The notes: a model not told the origin generated them from the sequence alone. DNA of 64,000 nucleotides from Eledone cirrhosa (GCA_964016885.1 OZ024744.1:27466001-27530000); one strand, 5' to 3'; positions 14,950 to 29,417 are shown, numbered from the stretch's first letter. Program-made: numbers and translations.

Positions 14950-15907
14950 TAATAATAATAAATTTGAAGACTAAAATCCAAAGAGGGCTCGATAAGGATA
15001 AATATATATCAAATATATAAGAACCGTAGAGCAAATATTTATTAAAATAACAGATTAAAGTTTAAGCAAAGAATCGCTGCTTTCACCCTTAACGGGATCT
15101 TCTGAAACTACCAAAGTCAATCTGTAAACGCAGAACTGGATATTTCAAAAAACGTTGCAACCGGAGGAAGACAGGAAGACGATACTTTGGTTCGTGGTAA
15201 CGTTCGCTGGCAAAGAACGGGAAAAAACGAATAATACGTCATTGATAGGAGCGGTGAAAAACAATTACGCGCAAAGACAAAACCACGTATATGGTATAGC
15301 AGAAGTCGTAGACTAAGATTCTAACTAGGAGACCAAATGAATCTCCGCTACAGAGTTAAGAACAAAGTAAATAAATACAATACAGAAGAAATAGAAACAA
15401 ATAAATACATACACGTACGTACATACACAAGCAAGGTTTTGCGTATGCTTGTGTATGTACGTATCTGTTTGCGTGTATGTATTTATTTATTTCTATTACT
15501 TCTGTATTGTATTTATTTACTTTGTTCTTAACTCTGTAGCGGAGATTCATTTGGTCTCCTAGTTAGAATTTTAGTCTACGACTTCTGCTATACCATAAAC
15601 GTGGTTCTGTTTTTGCGCGTAATTGTTTTTCACCGCTCCTATTAATTGTTTCTACTTTAGGCACAAGGCCAGCAATTACTCAGCACATTACTGGTACTTT
15701 ATTTTATCAACCCCGTTATTCGTTTTTTCCCGTTCTTCGCCAGCGAACGTTTCCACGAACCAAAGTATCGTCTTCCTGTCTTCCTCCGGTTGCAACGTTT
15801 TTTGAAATATCCAGTTCTGCGTTTACAGATTGACTTTGTTAGTTTCAGAAGATCCCGTTAAGGGTGAAAGCAGCGATTCTTTGCTTAAACTTTAATCTGT
15901 TATTTTA

Positions 15908-15915
<8 letters not shown>
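14950..15915. mobile_element. solo inverted pLTR pair of the 31-37 kb PLE family
   Basis: 15036-15414 is the reverse complement of 15472-15914. The right arm carries a 70-bp SINE 3' piece (~15645-15714). Variant HHRs at 15051-15124(-) and 15826-15899(+). Confidence 0.85.
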
Positions 15916-15945
<30 letters not shown>

Positions 15946-15953
<8 letters not shown>

Positions 15954-16155
15954 GTGAGCTTTTTTTACAAAATGAAAAAAAAACGAGGTGTCCTACACGA
16001 GTGAAAGTATAAAGAAAAAAGATAAAATAGAAAATGCAACTGGAGTCTTTTTAAAAAAATATATATTTATTTAGTTCCTTTACCGGTTTCGCAGTTCTTC
16101 TGCTTTTCAAAAGTAGAATTGAGATGGAGGGTTTGTGGTTTTCTCTCACATCTGG
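15946..16155 (-). mobile_element. short pLTR-like unit with a U3-A8 variant HHR (16077-16113)
   Basis: Closely matches 38196-38410. RNA: CUU UUGAAAA GCAG AAGAA CUGC GAAA CCGG UA AAGG. Confidence 0.7.
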
Positions 16156-16597
16156 TTGGTCTTTGAATGTTACTTCTGTTTTATATGGAAAAAAGTGGCT
16201 CGAAATGCTAGGTTTTTAGAGAAGTAATTTGGTTGGTTGGTAAATAAGTATAATAAATTTCGCGCCAGTGCACATACATACGCAACCTGAATGTCATGCG
16301 CAGTCGAGGTATCTGCATATACTACACTTCTACTAGTAGTTTTCGGAGCCTAATCACCACCTTCCGAACCACCAGAAAACATAAATACTACAATCACAGT
16401 TGGCTCTCTTAATGATTTCCTTCGAATGAAACAGTACTAGTCCTGTAGAAGCCATTTCTATATTAATTTTTTATATACTCTACTAATATATTGAGTACCT
16501 TACTTACTGTAGTTACTTCCGACTGAACCCGGTACTCATGCACAGACACACGCTCACACACACACACGCACACACACACACATATATATATATATAT

Positions 16598-19062
16598 AAT
16601 ATATTAACAAATGGAAACTATATTTATAAAACCATATTTATTTCATTATACATATTTCAAGGACACCAAATCAAATTATGGTGCGCTTTCATCAGATAAA
16701 ATATAATATAGATCAGTTTTATAAACAAATAAAGGTTCAGTTAGATTAATTGCACCATCTAAATCGGACCTTGGCATTCTTAGCAAGAAAATTTTATACA
16801 GAATAATTGTTTCTACTTTTGGCACAAGGCCAGCAATTACTCAGTGCATTACTGGTACTTTATTTTATCGACCCCGTAAGGATGAAAGGCAAAGTTAACC
16901 TCGGCGGGATTTGAACTCAGAATGGAAAGGGACGTAACTCTTTGCGTCAAAGCATGGCGTCTGACTCTCTACCGATACTGCCAATCCACCGCCTTAATTT
17001 TAGACAGAATAATACCACAAATTAAGGAATTATCTTATTTAAAATTATGGAAAGAAACTAACGAAGTTATTGAATGGTTTAAAGACATTAAATATAATTA
17101 TAATAATAAGTTTATTCAATTGGATATTGCTAATTATTACTCACCCATCACTCCTAATCTACTTAATAAAGCACTGACATATGCATTTAAACATACATAC
17201 TTAACTAGTAATGAAATGCACGTTATCCTAACGGCACGGAAAACATTAATTACATTTAACAACCAACTCTGGACTAGAGCAGATAGAGATAATAATTTCG
17301 ATATCACTATGGGGTCATCGGATTCCGCCCAAATAACGGATCTTGTGGGGCTTTTTATAAATAATACTCTACATAGAAAAATACCGGAGATGACCGGAGG
17401 TTTATATCGCGACGATATGCTATTACTTATCGAAAATAATAACTGTGAATTAAATGGGAAAAGAAAAGAATTTATACATTTTTTAATTACCTTAATCTTA
17501 AAGTAGAAATAGAGAATAATTATAAAATAGTTAACTTTCTAGATGTAACCTTAAACCTTAACACATTTCTTCATTATCCATTTCACAAATTAAACGAGAA
17601 CTTAAACTACGTTACTTTTAACTTCAATCACCCCAGATCCGTTAAAAATACTATAGTAAATCTGTACAGCAACGCATTTCTACAATTTCAGCCAATAAGA
17701 ATATTTTTGATGATAAAGCACAGTATTACAACGAAGCGTTAGGTAGAGTGGGATATAGTAATAAAATTAAATACATTGATAATAATAATATAACAACTAA
17801 CCATAATTTTAACAACTATAATAGAAAACCTTACAATAATTCGAAAAACAAAAGAAGAAATAGAACTAGGAATATATTATGGTTCGCTCCTCCTTTCTCA
17901 TTAAATATTAAAACTCCTATTGCTAAACTATTCTTTAAAGCTCTTGACAAATGCTTCCCTAGAACACTCAAATATTACTCAATATTTAATAGACATATTA
18001 TAACATTAACTTATTCAACCACCAGTAATTTAGCGCAGAATATTAATAGAATTAATAATAAAAACTTAAAACCTAACCAGAATACCATTAACAACCCCAG
18101 CAATATCCAATTTAATAATACGGCTCCTAGTAACTTGAATTTTGATAAATGTAACTGTAGAAATAAATCTAACTGTCCGTTAAATAACAATTGTTTAGCT
18201 AAAAATATAGTATATAATTGTAATGTAAAAACTAATTTAAATTAATTTAATTATGTAGGTTTTACTTCCACAGACTTTAAATCTCGTTTTAATAACCATA
18301 AATGCTCTTTTACGAATATAAATAAAAAATCTTCAACTTCTCTATCTAGCTTACTATGGGACCTAAAATTAAAGAACATTAACTATTCTTTACTTTGGAA
18401 TATTATCTCCAAAGCTCCTCCATGTAATGTTTCTTCTGAAAATTGTGCTCTTTGTATAGAGGAAATATTCTTTATATTAAAAAGCAAAAAATTCTGTGAA
18501 TTTAAGGAACAATCTTTTCAGTTGCTGAAAAACATAGATTAAATTCAACGTTTAAATATACATTTAAAATGTAATATATAACTCATTTTATTAAACCTAT
18601 CGATAAATCATTAGATTCCGTCATACGACTGCCAAAATCTCTTAAATGAAAAATATTTTCCTTAAAAATTTTTCCTTAAAAATTCTTCTAGATAAACATT
18701 CTGAAAGTATTTTTTAAAAATGGGTATACAAAATTAAGATAAACATACTGAAAGTTTCTAAAAAAGATTTTTTGTTAATTTAATTTCTCTGATGGATATA
18801 AACAATTATAATTCATATTTTATACTGTTTTTTTTCTATATATTCTTATAAATATTTTAAAAAATTATATTGCTTAAAAATTACATTGCTTAAAAATATA
18901 ATTCCTTTTAAAATTATATAATTATATTTTTTTTAAAATTGTAATTCCTTTTAAAATTATAATCCTTTTTAAAATTATAACTCATATTTTATTTTATATT
19001 ATGTATTTTGTATTTATATATATATATATGTATATATGTATATATATGTGTGTATATGTATG

Positions 19063-19157
<95 letters not shown>

Positions 19158-20471
19158 ATGTATACATGTATGTATGTCTGTGTATGTATGTGTGTATATA
19201 TATCGAAATCTATAATTTGAATACATTCTATGAATGAACTCATATAAAAGGTTTTTTACGGTTTATGCTTTAGATATATTCTTATGAAAAACTTTAAACA
19301 TTAAGACGTTATAGTAAACAAACTTATATTTTAACAGTCACAACTGTATAACAGGTGGATTTATAAAATATATAAAATATATAAAATTTATAAAATTATA
19401 ACTTACTATAAAATAATATAAGGTTCTCTTATAATCTTAACTTTTTTTATCCTCCTTACATTTATAACACTTAATCCTTAGAGCTATCTAAATTACAAAT
19501 AAATCAATTCATTTCCCTCACGCTGTATTGCTATTACTAAGAAGAGATTTTTCTTCGGTAAAATCTCTGAATTTCCATGGGTTTAGAAACATTCCTATAT
19601 TTTAAACATAAATTTTAAACATAAAAATTTATTATTTTTTATTATTTCTTATAATTTTTATTGTTAATTAATTGAAAAATTAATAATTAATTGTTGCTTG
19701 ATGATTAATAATAAATTTATATATGGTTATGTAATAATAACATATATTTTAATAATATTTTTTGATAATATATATATATATATATGTATATATATATTCT
19801 TTTAATAATATATAGATCTCAATTTTTAATTTATAGATCTCAATAATTTAATTGATAAATTAAACATTTAATCAAATTTAAACATTAGATAAAATTCTCC
19901 GGTTATTACTATTTATTTATTTATTTATTTATTTATTTATCCACGCTTTATTTACTCCGTGTAATTCATTCACTATATATTTATCTTTTCGCTTCATCAT
20001 CTCATAAAATTACGTTAATACAACACTCTCTCACTTAGGGTTTTCTCTCTTTTCTTTCTTTTGTTTTCTTTCTTTGGGTTTGCTCTTTCTTTCTTTTTCT
20101 TTTTTCCCTATTCCAACGGGTTAATTTAAATGTATGGGATTTAAACCTCTCCGACACTAATTTGCATAATAGACCAATAATACAATTTGTAACCCCCCTA
20201 TCCGGGAGCTTCCAACCGACATGGTCGCATTCTTTAAGGGTATGTCAATATTTGTTTATAAAACTGATCTATATTATATTGTATCTGATGAAAGCGCACC
20301 ATAATTTGCTTTGGTGTCCTTGAAATATGTATAATGAAATGAATATGGTTTTATAAATATAGTTTCCATTTGTTAATATATTGTATTTTTACTCCAAAAA
20401 GTTGTTGAGTGCTTTATATCAGTTTATAAAAACATTTGCTTGTTGTATCCCAACAAATTAAATATAACTTC

Positions 20472-20476
<5 letters not shown>
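16598..20476 (+). mobile_element. decayed Penelope-like element (Naiad-type) with inverted 5' pLTR and direct 3' pLTR
   Basis: Frameshifted RT (FIQLDIANYYS, TMGSSDSAQITDLVG, GLYRDD), linker CNCRNKSNCPLNNNC, and GIY-YIG (IVY..YVGFT) to ~18540. HHRs at 16640-16702(-) and 20278-20340(+). Confidence 0.9.
16808..16995 (-). mobile_element. full-length Meta-domain tRNA SINE inserted in the PLE RT
   Basis: tRNA-like head, core GCCTTTCATCCTTACGGGGTCGATAAAATAAAGTACCAG, and an 18-bp target duplication AATTTTAKACAGAATAAT at 16790-16807 and 16996-17013. Confidence 0.88.
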
Positions 20477-20514
<38 letters not shown>

Positions 20515-20559
20515 TTCTTATATATTCCATATAATCATGTATATTTAATATATTTTTAA

Positions 20560-23500
20560 TATTAATTCAACGTATCACGCATTTCCGACTGTTATTTTCT
20601 CTATATTCTAAGGAGAGCTTTTCTGGCGCTACTTTCTAACTGTTTGAAATTTAACCGCTGATTATGTGATCAGTTCTATATCTTGGGGCCTACGTATTCC
20701 CACACCTCTGGAAACCACGTGATGACAGTGGCAGGCACGAAGTGCTACTGCGAGACTAGTAGACTGTTGTGATAGAAGAGAAGAATCGCTCCTGTTGATG
20801 ACATGCTGTGTTGATCCTGGTCGCGTCCAATCTTTCCAGACAACTCTGGATTTAATGCGTGGCTTCTATGTACTGTGTGCTTTTATTGCACGGAACATGG
20901 AGTAGAAACCAGCGATTTCGTTTGGTCCGGGCTAAAATTTTTACACCCGCACATAATCCCGAACTTACTACTAATATCTAAATGTGTGCTCTCTGAATCA
21001 CCAATTTTTGCTTAACGACCAAGGCATCAGCCCTTCCACCAATACTCAAAAATGGAAGATCAAATTCCTGGAGGACTGGGTTGATGTCCATCCAAACCAC
21101 ATCCCCTTCTTCGTCCTCACTGAAACCCATCTCAGTAACCTCCACTTGGAAGCCGAGGTGAAAGTGAAAAATTTCAAAGCCATCGGTGCTGATCGCGCTG
21201 ACAGAAGAAAGGGTGGGACTGCCATTTATGTCCATAATTCTTTCTCAACAGAGGCTATGAACATATTTTCTAATGGATACTGCGAAGCAGTCACTGTATT
21301 CAGTCAAACCAACAACCTAATAGTAGTTGGGCTCTATAGGCCACCCCAAACGCCTCTACCATGCTTCAAGGAATGCCTCAACAGCATAAAGTGTTTCATC
21401 CAGGAGTGTCACCCTGACAACATCTTAATGATGGGGGACTTCAACCTCCCCGGAGTTGACTGGTCCACAAACAGCCTGCAACCAGGTTCTTCTGCCTCAA
21501 CCTCTGACAGGGAAGCAGTGGAATCGTTTCTTGACTTCATGGATGATTTCTTCCTGTCCCAACTGGTGCTCGAACCAACGAGGTGCCACAAAAACGTCCT
21601 AGACTTAATTTTCAGCAATCACACTGACACTATCCACAATATTGCAGTGGAGAAAACTCTACTCTCTGATCATAACATGGTTCTCTGTGATCTGTGATTC
21701 CACCGTCCAATATACAAACCCAATGTCATCTCTCCTGTCCATCAGTTTGACGCTATGGATTTCCACAATACAAACTGGGAAGCGATCAGTCATGATCTTG
21801 CATATGTCGACTGGTCCTTCACGCACACTCACACACCCACTAACATCAAAAAGTCCTGGCAGACATTTGTGGACACTGTTACAAACATATGTGCAAAACA
21901 CACCCCATTAAGAACTATAAACAAATCTAAAAGCAGAACCCTAGAAATAGAAAAACGCTCATCAGGAAAATTAAGAGAACTAACAAAAAAATCAACAAGC
22001 TGAAATACCGTCAGCAGCAACACATCAACTTGACTGCCATTTCATCACTAGAGATTAAAAAACATAACCTCCAAAACAATATGATGTCTATCATCAACAA
22101 TCAGAGAATAGCTGAAGAGGCCTGGGCCATTGAGCAGAACAAACTCAATCCCAAAGTGTTCTTTTCATTTGCAAAAAAACACAAAATCAGTGGCTCTACT
22201 GTTGGCCCTCTAATTGATAAAAATGGCACTCTTCAAGACAATGCTAAAACCATGGTTGAGATACTGCAGAAACAATACTGCTCTGTTTTCAGCAATCCTG
22301 ATATGGCCGATCTGGGCTGTATCGGCGATGTTACTCCCCATTACACCTTATCGGACATAACGTTTGGCGCCCCTGATGTCTTAGCGGCAATAAAGGAAAT
22401 CAAGCATAATTCAGCAGTAGGTCCCGATAGGTTCCCTGCTTCTGTCTTGAAGGCGTGTCAACACCAACTTGCATCTCCACTTGCCAATCTGTGACGGAAC
22501 TCACTGGATGCTGGATATGTGCCAGAAAACCTTCTATCCCAGTCTGTTGTCCCAGTTTTCAAAAAAGGAAACAAATCCCTTGCCGTGAATTACCGTCCAA
22601 TCTCACTCACCTCTCATATCATTAAGGTATTTGGGAGAGTGGTGAGATCGCGAATGACTCACTTCCTTGAGAGTAACAATATGCTGAACTCCAACCAGCA
22701 TGGATTCCGTAATGGAAGGGATTGCCTGACGCAGCTACTGCATCACTTTGATGACATTTTGAGAGCCTTGGGAGAGGGTTCCAACACTGATGTTATCTAC
22801 TTTGATTTCAGCAAGGCTTTTGACAGGGTTGATCACAACATTCTACTGAGAAAGCTGTCCAATATTGATGTCACTGGAAAGCTGCTGCAGTGGATCAAGA
22901 GCTTCTGTCAAACAGAACCCAACATGTTGTAGTTGAAGGAGTCAAATCCAGCCCAGCCAAAGTCAGTAGTGGGGTCCCACAAGGCACTGTGTTGGGCCCA
23001 CTTCTCTTCATCATCTATATTAATGACATCAGTGACATTATCAAACACAGGAACATTAGAATTTTCGCTGATGATTCCAAGCTCCAAAAGGTCATCATTG
23101 GCGTGGATGACCGGATAAGCCTTCAGTCAGACCTACTGGCTGTTACCCAATGGGCGGAAAAGAACAACATGTTACTGAACGAAGACAAATTCGAACTGAT
23201 CCACTTTGGAAAAGAGGATGCTCTGAAACTCCCGTACTCCCTTCCCTCCGGTGAAACTCTCGTGGCATCTAACAAGATCAGAGACTTGGGAGTAACCGTG
23301 GACAGCAACATAAGCTGGGCCACGCATATAAGCAGAAAGTTGACATGGCCCGCAGAATGTGTTCCTGGATCCTCAGAACCTTCTAGTCGAGAGATTCCCA
23401 CACCATTAACCTTCTCTTCTCTACTTTTGCCCGACCACACCTTGAATACTGTTGTCCACTGTGGTCTCCCCACACGAAACAAAGTATCATGAAACTTGAA

Positions 23501-24044
23501 GCTCCTCAAAGGGCAATCACGAAAAAGATAGATGGCATGTCAGACCTTGACTACTGGGGTCGACTAAAAAAGCTGAAACGTTACTCACTCCAACGTCGCC
23601 GTGAGCGTTATATTATCTGCATGATGTGGAAAATGTTTCATCAGCACTGCCCACATGATGTTGGCATCACCTTCAAAATACACCCAAGGCTTGGGCCCCG
23701 TGCTATCCGTACCAAACAAAAATTTAAATCGCAACTCAAAACAACAATACGGTACAATTATTTCACCTCAATTGGCCCTGCTCTCTTCAACATCACACCA
23801 GGACACGTCAAAACAGAAACTGACCACACAAAATTCAAGAAGGCTTTGGACAAATTCCTCCAAGTAATCCCGCACAAACCACCCACACCCGGATATGTCT
23901 CCGCAAACAGTAATTCTCTTCTCGAATGGGCCATGGTGCCGAAATCCTGAATTGAAAGACTTCGCCAGGTGGTGCTATTAAGTTAGACATGGCCTGGGCC
24001 AATACTGGCCAAAACATTTCAAAGTTATTCAAAGTTCAAAGTTA
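20560..24044 (+). mobile_element. CR1-like LINE (APE endonuclease plus RT), disrupted
   Basis: EN 20984-21697 (VLTETHL, GLYRPP, MGDFNLP, LDLIF, SDHN). RT NYRPISLTS, DFSKAFDRV, SGVPQGTVLGP, FADD. C-terminal YSLQRRRERY and a 3' (TTCAAAG)-type tail. Several stops and frameshifts; the 5' limit is approximate. Confidence 0.9.
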
Positions 24045-24348
24045 TATATATATATATATTTATATATATGTGTAAATGAAGTAATTCCGTCGGAAAAGTC
24101 CAGGAAAAAAGAGTGCTCTATGTAGGTAACAGAGCTTAATAGATATGTAATAAACAACATAAGGCAATTATTCCATTTACCAGTGGTTTCTTAAAAGCAA
24201 ACAATTTTGCTTTCAATCATCAGAATGAAAACATCTTGGTCTATTTATTAATATTGGATTCTAAAAACAAAAATGCAATCTAAATGGAAGTGAGGCTGGA
24301 GAAGGAAGAAGGAAAGGAAAAATAAAATAAAAAAATAAAAACACACAT

Positions 24349-24407
<59 letters not shown>

Positions 24408-24416
24408 TATATACAT

Positions 24417-24471
<55 letters not shown>

Positions 24472-24956
24472 CACTCATACATACACACACACATATACAC
24501 ATATATATGTGTGTATATATATACACACACATACACATACATATACACACATGAGTATCAACATATCCATACATACACATACATACACATACATACACAT
24601 ACATACACATACATACACATACATATATATACATATATACATATATACATATATACATATATACATATATACAACCACACACACATATATACACACACAT
24701 ATATATAGAAATATAAATATATATATTTCTTTATTTACCATAAAGGCATTATAGAAATATAAATATATAGATATATATATATATAGATATATATATAGAT
24801 ATATATATATATATATATATATGCGTACACATACACATACACATACATAGCCATACACACATACAAATACATACATACATACATACATACATACATACAT
24901 ACATACATACATACATACATACATACATACATACATACACACAATCATACCTATAT

Positions 24957-26930
24957 CCGTCATCCGTTTCCCATACAGATCTCCAGCACAGAAACATGAC
25001 TGTGGTGTGGCTGGACTATCAAGAAGCATTTGATAGTGTACCTCATGGGTGGATTATTAAGGCTTTACAGTTAGCTAAAGTCCCACAACCACTGATAGCT
25101 GCTGTTGAACGCCTGACCAAGAACTGGTACACCAATTTGATCCTTAGAGGTGAGAAGGAGCAGGTTAAGACTGATAAGATACATTACCAGAAGGGCATCT
25201 TTCAGGGTGATAGGTTGTCAGTACTACTCCTCGTTCTCTCACTGAATCCACTATCTTACCTACTCAGGAAACAAGGTGGAAAAAGAAGTGGACCCAGAAG
25301 TATCTCCCATCTTTTCTTTGTTGATGACCTGAAGTTGTATGGGCCAAATATCAATGAAATCAAGAAACAATTGGACCTCATTACACAATTTTCAACCGAC
25401 ATCAAAATGAAATTTGGTGAGTCCAAGTGTGCATATTTGGCAGTAAAACGTGGAAGAGCTGTGCCCTCCTCTAGAAATCTAGAGATGAACGGCCTGACAA
25501 TACAACCTCTGCAGTCAGGTGACAACTACAGATATCTTGGACAGGATGAGAATGTCAGATATGATGGATCCATTTATAAGGAGAGAACCAGAACTGAATA
25601 CCTCAGAAGAGTAAAGAAAATATGGTCATCAGAACTGTCAGCATACAACAAATACATTGCCCACAATACTTATGCTGTGCCAATTCTAACGCCAACATTT
25701 GGCCTACTGAACTGGTCATTGCAAGAACTAAGTGAGATGGATGTTAGAACTCGAAAACTTCTCAGTGTTACTGGCAACTTTAACATCAATGGTGATGTGG
25801 ATAGGCTATACTTCTCACGCAAGGAAGGTGGCCGGGGTCTAAAATCAATATTAACAACATATGAGACCCGGATAGTAACACTGAAGCAACACCTTCAACA
25901 GAGGAAAAAGGTTGGCAACCATCTTGCCCAGGTTTATGAGCATGAAAAAAAAAATATCATTAGAATAGCGACTGATCTGGAGGAGAGATATGGAATAAAG
26001 CCTGATATAAATCTCTCACCCAGAGAAATCGGAAGATCCTATTCAATGTTCAAACAAGATAAGAAAATTGACCAATTTACAGAAAAAGTTGTGCATGGAT
26101 ACTTGAAGCGTAAAACACAGACCATAGAGGGGATAAACCACTCAAAAAGCCTGGCATGGAGTTCCGACAAGTTTATGACATCACACCTTGAGGGATATCT
26201 CTATGCAATACAGGAACAAGAACTCCCTACCAAATATCTGCTGCACAAAAGAGGAGGGCCAGCAGCTGACAATAAATGTAGGCTATGTAAAACAAAGATC
26301 GACCATGTAAGCCACATTGTTGCCAGCTGCGAAAGAATGTCATCTCGCTACTACCTCCCCATGAGACACGATGGAATAGCTAGAACCATCTGGAACGCAC
26401 TTCGGAAAACAAAATTAACAACAAACGAGGAAGAATATATTGAGACAGATGGCACTAAGGAATACTGGTGGAACCTGAAAATAAAAACTGCCACCAAATT
26501 AAAGCACAACCAGCCTGATATTGTAGTTTGGGACCACACATTGAAAACGTGTTCTGTTGTGGAGATCAGCTGCCCACTTGATGTAAACGTTGTCAGAAAA
26601 ATACAGGAGAAGGAGGACATCTACGGACCATTGATGAGGAGTTTACAAATCCAGTATCCAAGATACACCTTTAGCTTCATACCCATCATTATTGGTGCTA
26701 CGGGTTATATACCAACCCGCTTGGACCAAAGTATGACTGAACTTGGATTTGCGGACTAAAAGCGCAGCTCCCTAATTCATAGTCTGCAGATGGCTGCGAT
26801 AGGTGGCACCTTCAAAATTTGCAAAACATTCTTGCGATTCAAGGGATGACAATTTCTTTTCTTTTACAACCTTGCCACCAGGAAGGTGGCCGGTCAAAAA
26901 AATTAAGAGAAATTAAGAGAAAAAGAAAAC
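24957..26930 (+). mobile_element. 5'-truncated R4/Dong-clade LINE (RT, CCHC, restriction-like endonuclease)
   Basis: ORF 24996-26759: GIFQGD, HLFFVDDLKL, CRLC..H...SC, RHD, QPDIVVWD, VEISCP. 3' hairpin GCCACC/GGTGGC and A-rich tail. Flanked by ATAT relative to the empty site at ~28640-28660. Confidence 0.9.
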
Positions 26931-27936
26931 ATATACACACGTACATACATACACATCCATAAATGTATACATATGCATGCACACAATTAGAAAAATATAC
27001 ACACACTTCTACATATTCACACGCGCAAATAAATATGAGAAAAAATATATATACAGAACGTGGATTCAGCAGGTAAAAAACCGTAGTAGAAGTAAAGAGC
27101 AGAGAGGGAGTTCAAAGCGGATTTGTTCATACGAGAACAAATCCAGGATGCAGTTGCAAGAAGCCAGATGAATGCCCATTGCAGGGCAAATGTAACACCA
27201 AATCTGTTCTTTGTGAGGCTAAAATAACACCGTTAACCAACAATCAGCCAGCCAGGTGTGAGCGATATGTCGGCATGACCCAGGACAGGCTTAAAACCAG
27301 ATTTTACTCACATGTCGCTTCTTTGAAGCACTCCGATAAACGAACAACAACGACCTTCGCAAGTAAGGTGTGGGAATTCAAGGATAACATCCCGTACTCT
27401 ATCGATTGGTCTATTTTAGACCACTCGAGGGAGTACCAAAGGGGCACAAAGAATTGTTCTTTGTGTACCACAGAAAAATATAGGATTTTGTTAAACTTGA
27501 GAGCCACTTCTGCTTGGCTGAATTCAAAGACCGAGTTCTTTAGATGTTGTCCTCATCTGAAATCACATCTGATCTGTAACTGGATTGACATTCCTGTGAT
27601 AACTCAACCGCCTTGAACTTCTTCTCTGCTCTTTACTTCTACTACGGTTTTTATACCTGCTGAATCCACGTTCTGTACTCTTGTATTCTCTTTCTTCCTT
27701 ATCTCCCCTTATATTTAACCTTTTCCTATGTCTTTTTTCCCCCCTAAATTTTTTTTGCCTTGCCCTTCACATACCAAAATGTATATGTATGTATGTGTAT
27801 GTGTATATATATTAGTGTGTATATGTATATATATGGATAGACCAGGATTTTTTCATTCTGATGATTGAAGGCAAAATTTTTTGCTTTTAAGAAACCACTG
27901 GTAAATGGAATAATTGCCTTATGTTGTTTATTACAT

Positions 27937-28006
<70 letters not shown>

Positions 28007-28233
28007 TTTAGAGTTAAATAAGGTTCATATGAATTACCTAAGATTGAGTTTTACACACACATATATATATATATGTGTGTGTTTGTATTTGGTTGTGCGT
28101 GTTTGTGATATGTACGTATTTGTATGTGTATAATTGTATGGCTATGTATGTATGTGTGTGTATATACATATATATATATATATATGTATATGTATGAGTA
28201 TATATATATATATATATATATGTATATGTATGA

Positions 28234-28273
<40 letters not shown>

Positions 28274-29101
28274 ATGTATATGTGTGTATGTATATGTGTG
28301 TGTATATGTGTATATGTGTGTGTGTTTGTGTATCTATTTGTGTATGCGTATATATGTGTTTATGTATTTGTATATGTATATTTATGTGTGAGAGTGTGTG
28401 TATATATTTATTTTTACGTATGTATGTGTACGTGCATTTGTGTGTATTGCTTACCACGTGTGTTTGTTCATTTATTTGTTGCTTGTATCGGTGTCAACTT
28501 ATAACAATCTTTATTTTCGTTTATTATTTTATATATAGTTTTTCTTATATTTATTAGCATGTGTGAATATGTAGAGGTGTGTGTATATTTTTCTAATTTT
28601 GTGCATGCATATGTATACATTTATGGATGTGTATGTATGTACGTGTGTATATAGGTATGATTGTGTGTATGTATGTATATGTATGTGTGTATGGCTATGT
28701 ATGTGTATGTGTACGCATATATATATATATATTTATATTTATATTTATATATATATGTGTGTGTATATATGTGTGTGTGGTTGTATATATGTATGTGCAT
28801 GTATGGATATGTTGATACTTATGTGTGTATGTATGTATGTGTATATTTATGTGTATGTGTGTGTATATATATACACACATATATATGTGTATATGTGTGT
28901 GTGTATATATGAGTGTATGTATATATATATATATATATGTGTGTGTGTATGTATATAATTGTGTGTGTGTGTGTGTGTGTTTGCATGTGTGTTTTTATTT
29001 TTTATTTTATTTTTCCTTTCCTTCTTCCTTCTCCAGCCTCACTTTCATATAGATTGCATTTTTGATTTTAGAATCCAATATCAATAAATAGACCAGGATT
29101 T

Positions 29102-29161
29102 TTTCATTCTGATGATTGAAAGCAAAATTGTTTGCTTTTAAGAAACCACTGGTAAATGGAA
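29102..29161 (+). ncRNA. type I hammerhead ribozyme (also at 27851-27910 + and 24171-24230 -)
   Basis: UUUCAUU CUGAUGA UUGAAAGCAAA AUUG UUUGCUUUUAA GAAA CCACUGG UA AAUGGAA; 11-bp stem II, GUA cleavage triplet. Confidence 0.88.
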
Positions 29162-29306
29162 TAATTGCCTTATGTTGTTTATTACATAACTTTATATATA
29201 TATATATATATATATAAGTATGTATACGTACATACATATATGTATACATATATTTAAGTAACAGCCGTACTAAGAGTGTGAAATGAAATTTCGTTTCATT
29301 TTTTCC

Positions 29307-29359
<53 letters not shown>

Positions 29360-29368
29360 ATAGAAGGA

Positions 29369-29417
29369 GCTTCTAGAGGACTAGTACTGTTTCATTCAGA
29401 TGAAATCTTCAGGAAGC
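29369..29417 (-). ncRNA. hammerhead-like motif
   Basis: GCUUC CUGAAGA UUUCAUCUGAAU GAAAC AGUACUA GUC CUCUA GAAGC; stem I is offset by 5 nt. A damaged relative lies at ~16403-16452(+). Confidence 0.6.

Larger units (their letters stand above)
24125..29190 (+). mobile_element. truncated PLE: long inverted pLTR, GIY-YIG remnant, two direct pLTRs
   Basis: CSCKKPDECPLQGKC (~27149) and ORF 27179-27616 (RYVGMT, CSLCTTEK, LNSKTE..CPH). 24145-24956 plus 26931-27020 mirror 28560-29187, and 27051-27120 mirrors 27608-27677. HHRs at 24171-24230(-), 27851-27910(+) and 29102-29161(+). Confidence 0.85.
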
